DNA of 64,000 bases from Lama glama (Eukaryota), in assembly GCA_028534125.1 (NCBI GenBank), contig CM052816.1, forward strand, positions 5,210,001-5,274,000, written 5' to 3'. The position numbers were made by a program, and so were the translations under genes. Shown here piece after piece: positions 13,195 to 24,193 of the stretch (position 1 is its first letter; every line of letters starts with the position of its first letter). The notes under the pieces are model-generated. The model worked only from the letters and a program-made list of their open reading frames with translations. It was not told the origin of the DNA and ran no database searches.

Positions 13195-13400
13195 TCATTG
13201 TAGTGGCTAAAAGAAAGGATTTTGGAGTCAAGGAGACCTGGGTTTGAATTCTACTTCTCCAAAGTCCTAGCTGAGTGACCTTGGGCATTAACTTTGTGTC
13301 TATAAAATGGAGTTAATAGTGTTGCTGGGAGGACTCAATGAGAGTCTGTGTAAAGTGCCTGGCATACAATAAAAGCTTAACGCCACTGTCATTACCATTA
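13195..13400. mobile_element. MIR SINE
   Basis: tttggagtcaaggagacctgggtttgaattct...gtgaccttgggca...tctataaaatggag...gtaaagtgcctggcatacaataa. Confidence 0.8.
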
Positions 13401-13712
13401 GCACACTGTGAGGGAAGGAGAGGGGTCTGCCTTGTGGTTTCAGGAAACAATTGCACATTTGTGAACTGCAATTTCTGTGCAATTTTGCAGGAGTCATCAA
13501 AAATCAACTCCAACTGTCCTGTTTGGTGCAAGGTGGGGACCGCCCCACTCAGTTCCAAACCACAGTGATGGCTGGGCTGCCTCAGGCAAGTACAACCCTA
13601 AACTAATATCAGATAGAGCAAGCAGAAAGCTGTCAGATCAAGTGACAAGACATGGAGAAGAAACACACACATGTTTAAATGTCAAGAGTCCCGGTGACAA
13701 ATATATCTGAGT

Positions 13713-14212
13713 NNNNNNNNNNNNNNNNNNNNNNNNNNNNNNNNNNNNNNNNNNNNNNNNNNNNNNNNNNNNNNNNNNNNNNNNNNNNNNNNNNNNNNNN
13801 NNNNNNNNNNNNNNNNNNNNNNNNNNNNNNNNNNNNNNNNNNNNNNNNNNNNNNNNNNNNNNNNNNNNNNNNNNNNNNNNNNNNNNNNNNNNNNNNNNNN
13901 NNNNNNNNNNNNNNNNNNNNNNNNNNNNNNNNNNNNNNNNNNNNNNNNNNNNNNNNNNNNNNNNNNNNNNNNNNNNNNNNNNNNNNNNNNNNNNNNNNNN
14001 NNNNNNNNNNNNNNNNNNNNNNNNNNNNNNNNNNNNNNNNNNNNNNNNNNNNNNNNNNNNNNNNNNNNNNNNNNNNNNNNNNNNNNNNNNNNNNNNNNNN
14101 NNNNNNNNNNNNNNNNNNNNNNNNNNNNNNNNNNNNNNNNNNNNNNNNNNNNNNNNNNNNNNNNNNNNNNNNNNNNNNNNNNNNNNNNNNNNNNNNNNNN
14201 NNNNNNNNNNNN
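13713..14212. other. Assembly gap (500 N; true size unknown)
   Basis: Run of exactly 500 n. Confidence 1.
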
Positions 14213-17121
14213 ATTTTTGAAAAATTGGCCCCAGAAATTTAAATTAATACACTAAATTCATGAAAACAAACACATATATCTTTTATTGGAATAAAGTCAA
14301 CTCCTCCCTTTTTCCCTCCTGTGCCACAGCTAATTGCATCCATTATGTGTTCTTAACGGGTGCTATAAATCAGCACGCCTGTGAGACAGGAGTGTGCTGT
14401 GCGGAGGGGGAGGGGAGAGGTGCGAGGGAGGGGGCGTCCTCCATCTCACAAAATGGAATACAAAACAAGTGGCGCATTTCCTTGGAGCAAGCCGCCCAAA
14501 GCTCTCCTTTCTCCCCTCCTGAATGCTGGTCCCCTCTCAGCCTCCCCGGGAGTGGCAGGACAACCCACAAATCACAGCCCTGTCCTAGTTCTTGAGCAGG
14601 CGCCCTTTACACTGCCCAGCCTCACAGCCCTGGGCGTGCATAACCTCTCTCTTTTCCAGGTTATCATCATCTGTCAGGTCTGAAGTTAAACAACAAGAAA
14701 CATGTCAGGTGAGGGGCTGGGAGAGGCACTGGGCTGTTTATGAGAAATATTCCATTACAATCTGATGCAAAAATGTTAGGATGCATCTGCCAGCACCCAG
14801 GCTCAGAAAGGTTCCCCTTCTCCGAAAGCATGCTGATTAGTATGTGGTTGCAACCTATGTTTATCCTTTCTGGCTCCGTGGCAAACGCCTTTGGAAAATA
14901 CTGGCTCATTTGATGCCTGGTTGCCTGGTACATTCAGATTCATCCAATTAGGATACCCAGTTTGAGACATAATGTGTTTTGGAGAGCTCCATAGACTGAT
15001 TGGGTTTTATACACATGTACAGAAAGATTTGATTTCCTCTGCGGAATTTATGGCAGGGTAGCAGAGGTAATGAAATTAATTTCTGCTCTGGTTTCTAGGC
15101 TTTCCTTTCTGTTCTCTCTTTCTCCTGCCACTTTTGCTGTCCTTCTCTTTTATTTTTCAAAGTCATCCCTGACTTTCGCAGGGATGAAAATGAATTTAAC
15201 ATCAGGCAGCAGTTGGTTTGAATTTGGGGGCTAGGTTCCACTGTGACTTTTTCTGGTTCATTGCTCCATGCTCTGATTGGTTTGGCAAGCTAAGGAGAAC
15301 AAGCTTGTGTCCTGCGATGTGTATGTGGGTGAGGTGACAGGGGTGTCCACGTGGCTAGGGAGCGATGTTCACACCAGGAAGAAGTAGTCAAACCCAGGCT
15401 TTCTGGTAGGGCTCTGACATTTGATAATGAAATAAAACCCTAACCATAGCCCTAAGCCAAAACATACTTCCCCTTTCTCCAATCACCATTCATGCCTCTT
15501 GCCTTTCTTTTCTGATTTTTTGTCCCCCAGCATTCACGTATCTTCTCCTCTCTCCCCTCCAGAGCAAGGTTCTGCTGCAGCAAGGGGAACAGTAGGGCAG
15601 AAAGAGACAGAAACTGAGAAAGGTGCTGAAAGAGACAATGAAAAGAATCAAGACAGCCTTGCCAATTTGCAGGTTCCTGCTCGGCTCACTTCTGCCTCCC
15701 AAGCAGAGGTCACTTGATTCATCCCTTACTCTCTCAGGAAGGACTTCTCTCGACAAACTAAAGAGACAAAGAAGACCCCTGAGAGGTTTAGAAATTCAAT
15801 AGAAAAAGCAAAAAAAAAAAAAAAGTTAAGCACTTAACTTCTCTCCCAAAGGACAGGAGAGACTGCCAATTTACCCCGCAATGCCAGTGCTAAGCATTTT
15901 CCCAGCGTCAACATTAAATCCCTGTTTTGTTTTTCTCTTGTAAAGTGTGTTTACAATTGACCATTATGGGAAAGATGACGGATGTAGCCTGGCTCTGTTT
16001 AAAATAATAAGCTAATAATGATACCGTTTCTTGCCCGCAGGCTCAGTTTCTGAATGCGTATATGCAGAAAGGAAGGGCTGGGGAGACTGGAATATTCACC
16101 CGTAAGTGTAGCCAGCCGCAGAGCTATCCTCTCAGCCACCCCCACCCCTCTGCCCCCAACCCAGTGCCAAAACTCTTAGCACAGATTTCCCAAGATTAAT
16201 ACCTCTGCTTCCAGGCAACTTTGACAGTCCATCTCTTGCTCTGGTCCTGTCAGCGACGCATGGGCGCTGGAGAATGAGCGGATCCCATCGCCCATTAAAG
16301 CAAGGCCGTCTTAGACTACTCCAGCCGCAATTTTTAAGGGAGAGTAGCGGAAGAGGAGCCGTCTGTCCCCTCATTGTTTCTGACCCATTCTACCTCACAC
16401 CAGCTCATAATCTCCCAGAACCGACTAGGTTGATCCAACTGGGTTTTTCTTTACTGAAATGTGTTGCATTTCTTTGAACCAAATGCTACTGCGTATGAAT
16501 CAGTCCCAGCAGGTAAGGGCTGAAGGCTCCGCTGGCGAGCGGTTGGGCTTTCGAGGCAGGTGGCTGCGGCGGAGCAGGACAGGTGGGATGAGTTCCTGCA
16601 CTACCTGGGATTCCCGCAATACGTGGACGCCTTTTGTGCACAGAACTGCAAGTCACTCAAGCGCGCTCCTCTGCCTACTCTGGAGAAAGGAGCGCAAAAG
16701 TTTTGAGTGAATTCCCAAACTCCTCTCCCCGAGATAGCAGCGCTTAGGAGGACCGGAGCGGAGAGCTTGCCCTGCTCCCCTTGGGGACGCTGCCAGAGCG
16801 GTGCTTGATCCTTAGTAAAATAGACGGAGAGATATAGCTCAGCCTGGTGTTTCCAGGAGAAAGCAGACTCGATGATTGCTAGTGAAGGCCCCGTGTGTCC
16901 AGCGCTGCCTGGACTACAGGACTCCCCAGCCCATGGGGCCAGATGCGTCTGTCCTCCGGAACGCGTTCCCAGCTCCAGCTTTTTCCCAGTCTTCAGCTGG
17001 GGTAGGCTGGTTGAAGGGTCCTGGAGATAGATGGAGTGAGTTGATTCCATCCTCCTGCGAAATTTCAGATTGGACTGAAAGGAAAAACTTTCCCTGACCT
17101 GGGAAGCAACGGTCAGGCCGT

Positions 17122-17401
17122 GAAAGTGACCTTCATGACAACTGACCAGAGGTAAACCTCTTGGCATGAAACAGCTCGGCATACAATTGATCAGTCGGTT
17201 AGGGACCGGCTACAAGCAACCCAGCACCACAAAACTTACAGCAGTGCACTTAACAAAAAACCCCCGCTATGCCTAAAACAGACTGGTGCACAACAGAACA
17301 CCATTAACTGACCACCTGAAACTGATCGCTGTGAGTCTGACAGGAATGAAATTGCCCAAAAGCAACCTGACTGGATGAAAGGAACCAGAATGAAATCCAC
17401 C
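17122..17401. repeat. Degenerate tandem array with ~15 bp period (core approx. AACTGACC), ~19 units
   Basis: Core variants start at 17124, 17140, 17155, 17170, 17185, 17204, 17218, 17233, 17247, 17277, 17292, 17306, 17320, 17335, 17350, 17365, 17379 and 17394. Confidence 0.65.
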
Positions 17402-18539
17402 TGCAAGGGACTGGAGCAAGGAGGCTGAAGAGGGCCGCAGGGTGAAGTGGGAAGGAGGCTTGTCTGCCGGTACTCCGTGCTCCAGAGAACCTGACTGGTG
17501 CTGCTGCGGGGACTCGACGGGGAGGGGGTGGTGTCCTGTGCTTTTTAATTTATGACTGCCGCACCCCCAAGCGATCCCATAAATTTGGGGGCCGTTTTCA
17601 CCAAAGCTGTGAGTTACGATTTTTCAAATAAATACATTTTCCAATCAGACGGGGTTCTGTTTAGGTTGAACGCGTCCTGAAGCAGACATCTCTCTGCGCG
17701 GAAAATACACAGAGGAGGAAACGGAGCCGGGACGAAGCTCAGACGACATAAAAACTTGTGTAAACACGTTGTCATTTACGGACTTCGGAAGAGAAAGGGA
17801 ATGGAGGAGGAAGATGTTTAATTCTCCCTTGAATTCTCAGGCCCCAGCCACGAGGGAAAACATGGAAATTTTAATATTATTTTTCCATAAGCTTGATTTG
17901 TGTTACTCATTAGACAATGGGCAGCATCGGGTTTACCTTAAATAGATTTTGTAATTTTGAGGCTGTTACAAACCTAAGGATGGGCAGGTTTGTGCTGCCC
18001 ACACCCTGCCCCCATGCACACACACACACACAATCTTAGTTTTTCCTTTGGAAAGAGTGTGCGGGAGATAAGCCAGAATGGGTTATTTGAGCAGCAGAGG
18101 GTCTTCGACTTCTAGCTGTATGTCCCATTCTCTGGGACTGTGTTTTGCCACCTATAAAATAAAGGTGGAGCAGGAATAGGAATCAAAGGCCCCCTCCTCT
18201 TGCACCCAATAGCAATCATACATAATTCTGTGCACAGTTGCAGGAAGCTAAGGGATTCCTGAAGCTAAAAGATAGAGAATGAAATGGCAGATTGTGGTTT
18301 GGATCCTCTCTGGCAGACAACCCCTCATCAGGAAAGGGGGGATTAAGGGGAGACCGAAGCTGCCTGGAACCCCTGGAGATGTCTGAGCTCTTGCTGTGTC
18401 TCTGCCACTCACTGTGCGTCCTTAGGGAAGCCCGTTCCTCTCCCTGGGGCAGTTTCCCCGTAGGTCCTAACACGAAATCTCAGCAAACTTGCTACTCTCT
18501 CACACCAACAAAAGCAAGGAGGCCTCTCACCCGACCAGC

Positions 18540-19100
18540 TTCCAGGGGAAATCGACCCACTTTCTGTCTCTTCCCTGCCCTGATCGTCCCCCTACCCAAC
18601 ACGCATTCCCCGCCCCCACCCCCCACGCCGCCCGGGCCCCAGGGGGCAGGTTAGGCCAGATTGGAAAGTCATGGACACTCTAGATGCGGCAGAGAAATGT
18701 TTAAGGGATTTGTGCGCTCATGCTGCGGGGTAAATGGTCCGCGGGCTGATTTATGGCGCGTTACTGCGCGACGCGATTCCCCAAGACAGAGAGAATATTT
18801 TACACCGCGCTAATATAAACAGGCGGCCGGCCCGGTCCTTTTTATGGAGTTCCTGTAATTACCCCGGCCCTGACAGGCCCTTGATTTACTGCCCTATTTA
18901 GATAAAGGGTCCGGTGCGGGGATTGCTGGTGGCGTCAAGGTCACGGGACACGGCGGGAGAAGGTTTGCGGTAGGCGCCGTGGCGCGGGCTCTCCCAGGCC
19001 TGCCAGGCGTGGGGGCAGGAGCGAGGGGAGGAGCTGCAAAAGGGCAGGAGAGGGACTTCGAGGCCGAGGTCACTGTCACCCCAGAGCGCCGAGGCTTGAG
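18540..19100. promoter_or_regulatory. Upstream CpG island with HOX/PBX/MEIS motif cluster (candidate HAND1 enhancer)
   Basis: CpG-dense. TGATTTATGG 18747-18756, TTTTATGG 18840-18847, TGACAG 18871-18876, TGATTTAC 18882-18889, AGATAA 18900-18905. Confidence 0.6.
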
Positions 19101-22100
19101 TATAACTGGTCCACTGTACAGATGGGAGAACTGAGTCCTGGTGGAGGCAGGAACTATACTCCCAAAACTTTACAGCAAATGAAATGCAGGTGGGTTGGCT
19201 CGGGAACTGGAATTCAGGTCTCTGGCAACATAATCCCCATACCTGGCGATGCTGGGTCTCCCCCATCTCCACCCTCCTGACATGGGTTTCTGTAGGGTGG
19301 GTGGGGAAAGAAGGGGACTCAATGAGGTCAGAAACAGGAGCGGTGGCATCAGAACAGAGTTCTGCAAGGGAGGCCTGGACTCCCGCCCTTTCCAGGGATA
19401 CGCAGTCGTGTGGTGCATTTCTTCCCCTGTGGAAATAATATTCCTCAAAACAGAGCCACTATTTATACAGGTTTACTGTTACTGTGCTAAGAGCTTCATC
19501 TATATAATTTAGCGTAATCTTAAGCCAACCCTCTGCGGCGGGTATTATCGCTCCCTCCTCCGCAATTTACAGCGGAGGAAACTGAGGACGCGTTGTTTCA
19601 CACCCGGAGGAATGACCGTGCGGAGTTTCATCCCGGCTGCGTGGGCCGGATTCTTCCGCGAGGCTCTCTTGAGCATTCCTTTAATACAATTTTTTAACCG
19701 CTAATGTGCTCAAGATCCCTACCCTATAAAATGGGGTGAGGGTTCTTGCCAGACCTCACTAGCATAACTGGAGGAAGAAACATGCATTTGAAAATGCTCA
19801 GAGCGCCAGACCTTCTGAAGGCGCTATCTGGGTGAGCACCGCGGGATACGGGAAAAGAGGCGGGGTAGGAGGGTGTGAGACTGGCGGGTAGGAACCCTCC
19901 CCCCGCAACCTCCACCCCAGAGTCCCTGACTCCCGGTCCTTGGTCTGTGGAAGTCGTCAGGCAAAGGCTTGAGTCCTACTGTTTGGTCCCAGAGGCAAGC
20001 GCTAAATCCCCATTCCGGGAGAGAGGAACCAGGGCGGGTCCGTGCAACAGCCCAGAGCTGGGAATTACGGAGCTCCAGACTATCATTTCTATCCTTTTTC
20101 TCTGAAATGGGGAAACCGAGGCTCAGAGAGGGAAAGGAACACAATGAGATACTAGGTAGAGCCAGAACTCAACGTATATCTCTTGCCTCTCAGCTTAGAA
20201 AAATTTTGGCCAAACTCCCGGGTCCCAAAAGTCCCACACCACATAGCCTGGGTCGGAGAAAGAGAGAACCTTCACCCAGGTCCCCACTGTCTCTCCAAAC
20301 GCACCTGAGCCAGGCCGTAGTTAAAAGCACGTTAGGGTCTTCCAGAAGGCAGGATCTGGAGCCTAGGCGCCTTGAGGTCTACGCGGACATTCTCCCTGGC
20401 GTCCATCCTGCTGGAGGCTACCCAGCCCGGAGCCCCAGCAGTCCCCGAGGGCCGTGCTCCCAGAGTGGGCGCTGCTGGGAGGACTACTTTGACTCCTTGG
20501 CTGGAGGTTGAGAGCAGTGCTTTCTGGGGCCCCGGTGGCTGCTGGCACCCTGCCCTTCAGCCACCCACAGGGGACTGCTGGGGATCTGGGGGCCCTCAAG
20601 GCATTTCATGGGACTGGGATTCATCATCAAGTACTGACAATACATTCCCTACCACACTAACCAGGCTGGATATTTGGAGAGTATGCATGCCCCTGAGTGA
20701 TCTGTGCAACCCTGGAAAGTGATTGGGACGCACGAGGATGGGTGCTGGAGCTGTGAGCTTGTGTGTGGGTCATGGCATGTACTTACCTATCCAGTGCACC
20801 CCATTCATATGGGTTCTGTGACAATGTGCACACTATTGTTCAATTTCATTTCCAGGGCTTGTGACTGTGACTATGTAGATAGGACAGAATAGATGTCCAC
20901 TTGTCTGAGTGTTTGGCATCTGTGTTCCTCTGTGTAACTTCTGTGCAAAACCTTTTATCGCTCATCACCTGTGTATAGTAGTAATTGTGGCTGTGTACTT
21001 GTGTGTGTCATGTACACATGACATGTATGACAGGGTTTTCAGAAGTTTGTGCTGTGAATACAATTGTGGGGCACTGTAAGTAGCTGAGACAAACTGGTTC
21101 CTGTGCACAATTGTGACAGTAAGAGTATGTGTCAAGCCCTGCAGCTGTGACGTGTATGTAGAATTGATGTGCCTTTGCTGTATGATGGTATCTTTATGCA
21201 TGCCTGAATGTAGGATTGGGAGTGGCTCAGAGCTGTAACATATCTAAAGCGAGATGTGTGCCCTATGGGTGACAGATAATGCGTAAAATCCTAGGAATGC
21301 ATGAATATTGAAATCCCGTGTGTCCTGTGGGTGTAAATGTGTTACCAGGAGAACGCACATACTTATTGGCGCCTGTATGAATAGATGGATTTTTGTGTAA
21401 TGCTGGTGATTTTTTGTGAGACCGTGTGCCTATGTATGTGGACGCGTAATGGTGAGCCTGAGGATCTGCGGTGAAGACTGTGTCCGACTAGGACCACGGC
21501 TGGGTATGTGTCAAGGATTGAGGTCCTTCTCCACAGAGTAATTACTGTCTCAACCCGCACACCCGCACTCCAGAGCTCCTCCAGGTCGGGGAGGAGCGGA
21601 GCCCCGCGGAGCCGCGGTTGAATCGGGCGCCGGGAGCGCCCTCCCCGCGAGCCTCCGGCTCCGCGCTCGGCCCAACCCCAGCGCTGTTGGCGCCAGGCGC
21701 CCGGGAGAGCGGCGGGTTTCCAGCCGCCTCAGGCAGGAAGCAAAGTCCTCCCTCCCCCAACGCACCTCTAGGGCCCACAGCCCTACCGGGCTCCCACAAG
21801 TAGAACCGGCTCTGCACTAAGGGTTTGTCCACTTCTCCCCTGTAGTGTCCCCACCCTATATCCATTTATTCCCTTGTACGGGAGAGGAATACCGTGTATC
21901 CACTCGCTATCCGACCCCAAGGAAAATCGTCCATCTTCTCTCGGCCTCACCTTTACCATCTGTACAATGAGTGAATTGACCTTTCTCCCTTTGCTCATAG
22001 CAGGGGTCAATAAATACTTGTTGAAGAAATGGGTAAAGGAATGAATTTGCCCTCTAGAAAGAGCATGTATTTGTCTCCTTCTTTCACACTAACCTCCACA

Positions 22101-23349
22101 TTGCTTTTGAGAGAACTGCACACCTTCACGCTACCCAGGGAAGGGGCTTGGCTGGGAAAAGTTGGTGAGGATGGAGGGAACCAAGTATTAGGACATCAGC
22201 TGCGAAGCTACCCATCAGGAGGTGAGACGGAGAACCCCACCCTGGGATTTCCACGTCTCAACACCAGCCCTGGGAAGGCCCCTGCAGACAGAATTCGGAC
22301 CCGCGTGGCTGAGCACTAGCCGGGAGGGGCAACTGCCGAGGTCTGAGAGGCCAAGACCACGTCTCTGTGCCAGTGGGTGTGAGATGCAGGGCGCTGCGTT
22401 TCTCCCGCTGGGTGAGCCTCTCGAATAGTGTGGAGGTCGTGGTCTTCTCCATATGTGTTTACTGCCAAACGCTGACTTCTCGCAGTTTGAGCTCTAGTGC
22501 TGAGAACTGAACATTCTCAAGCGATGATGACCTGCCTGGAGTGGCCCAGTGTAGCCGAGTTCTCAACCCTCGGTTCCAGCCCCACGGAGAGGAGGCTGAC
22601 TCTGCGTTAGCCTGGCCGGCCTTTGGACTGGATCAGGCACCCAGGAGACAAGAAGAGTGTCTCTCAGGCCCTGGAGCCCAGAACAAACTGGTAAATGCTG
22701 ATATGGGCTTGGAGCCTGCCTCCCCCTACTTGCCAACCCTCCCCCCAACCCCTTCCCCGATTTCTTCATGGGCTGGTAGCCGCCTGGGTGGTAGTGCATA
22801 GGACTTGGGTCAGAGTTGGCAGGTTCTCTACCGGGTGCAAGAACTACTGCATTCCCGATGGTGCCTGAAAACTAAGGGCTGGAGGTGCTTAGGGAAAAAC
22901 ATTAGGGGCCTATCCTGCCTCCAGCAGCATACTCTCATTTTTCAGCTCTGAGGCCAAGTGGAGCAGATGAAGCTCAGGACTGGGAAACTCTGGAGTTCCT
23001 ATTCTGGATTCCAGAGGGTCTAGAAACAAGAAACTTTCTTTTTTTCTGCGCCTCAGTTTCCCTGTCTGTAAAATCTAGGTGAAGGCCTTTTCGGAGGATG
23101 ATTCTAGATCCCTTTCCTGGGGCCCACGGCGACTGGAGTGGCAGACTCTGTCCAGGACATTGACAGGCTTGTGCCTTAAGTTGGTATCCCTTGGCTTCCC
23201 CCAAGCTGGGAACTGGGGGAGAGGGGGAGGAGGGCAGGGACGGAGGTGGGGCCGCCTCCCTGTCCCCGCAGGCGGCCTAGAGTCGAGTGGCGCTAGCTGA
23301 GCTTAAAACCAGGGACGGCCACCCCCCTTTCCTCCTCCCTGCCCCCCTG

Positions 23350-23400
23350 CCATTGGCTCCAGGGAGAGGTTGACATCAAAGCCGCGGCCTTATATAAGCC
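23350..23400 (+). promoter_or_regulatory. HAND1: HAND1 core promoter: inverted CCAAT box, TCF/LEF motif, TATA box
   Basis: ATTGG 23352-23356, ACATCAAAG 23373-23381, TATATAA 23391-23397. This implies a TSS near 23420, about 220 nt upstream of the ATG. Confidence 0.8.
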
Positions 23401-23641
23401 AGACCCTGAAGGGGAGGCCGCAGAAGGGTTAAACAGGTCTCTCGGCATCCTCGTCCTAGCCGGCGACAGAAATAGGCAAGACGGCGGGCTGTGTATCTCA
23501 TCTTCAGCCTTGCCCCAGACTCTCTCAAAGCCGGTGCCCCCCGGAGCGCCACCCCAGAGCCTACGGGTGGCCCCGGCAGTCTCTGGGGCGCATGGGGCGG
23601 CGCTAATCGGGCTGGCGGCGCAGGCCAGGGGCCGCTCCAAC

Positions 23642-24193
23642 ATGAACCTCGTGGGCAGCTACGCACACCATCACCACCATCACCATCATCATCACCCGCA
23701 CCCCGCGCACCCCATGCTCCACGAGCCCTTTCTCTTCGGCCCTGCCTCGCGCTGTCACCAGGAACGGCCCTACTTCCAGAGCTGGCTGCTGAGCCCAGCT
23801 GACGCTGCTCCGGACTTCCCCACCGGCGGGCCACCGCCCACACCCGCGGCAGCCGCCGCCGCCTACGGTCCAGACGCCAGGCCAGGCCAGAGCCCCGGGC
23901 GGCTGGAGGCGCTCGGCGGCCGCCTGGGCCGGCGGAAAGGCTCAGGACCCAAGAAGGAGCGGAGACGCACAGAGAGCATTAACAGCGCGTTTGCGGAGCT
24001 GCGCGAGTGCATCCCCAATGTGCCGGCCGACACCAAGCTCTCCAAGATCAAGACTCTGCGCCTGGCCACCAGCTACATCGCCTACCTGATGGACGTGCTG
24101 GCCAAGGACTCACAGGCCGGTGACCCCGAGGCCTTCAAGGCTGAACTCAAGAAGGCGGATGGAGGCCGCGAGAGCAAGCGAAAAAGGGAGCTG
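23642..24193 (+). CDS. HAND1: HAND1 (heart and neural crest derivatives expressed 1), bHLH transcription factor, coding exon 1 (184 codons)
   Basis: Starts MNLVGSYA-H10[32 protein letters not shown]. bHLH domain [50 protein letters not shown]. Kozak ccaacATG; donor ctg|gtaagt at 24193/24194. Confidence 0.99.

Noticed and set aside
13679..14242. 187-aa ORF
   Set aside because: Artefact of translating the N gap.
17122..17401. CRISPR-like array
   Set aside because: Eukaryotic context, a 15-bp period with degenerate units, no unique spacers of CRISPR length and no cas genes.
23510..23641. In-frame 44-aa N-terminal extension of HAND1 from a TTG
   Set aside because: It has a non-AUG start in a GC-rich UTR. 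The known protein starts at MNLVGS with a good Kozak context, and nothing supports the extension.
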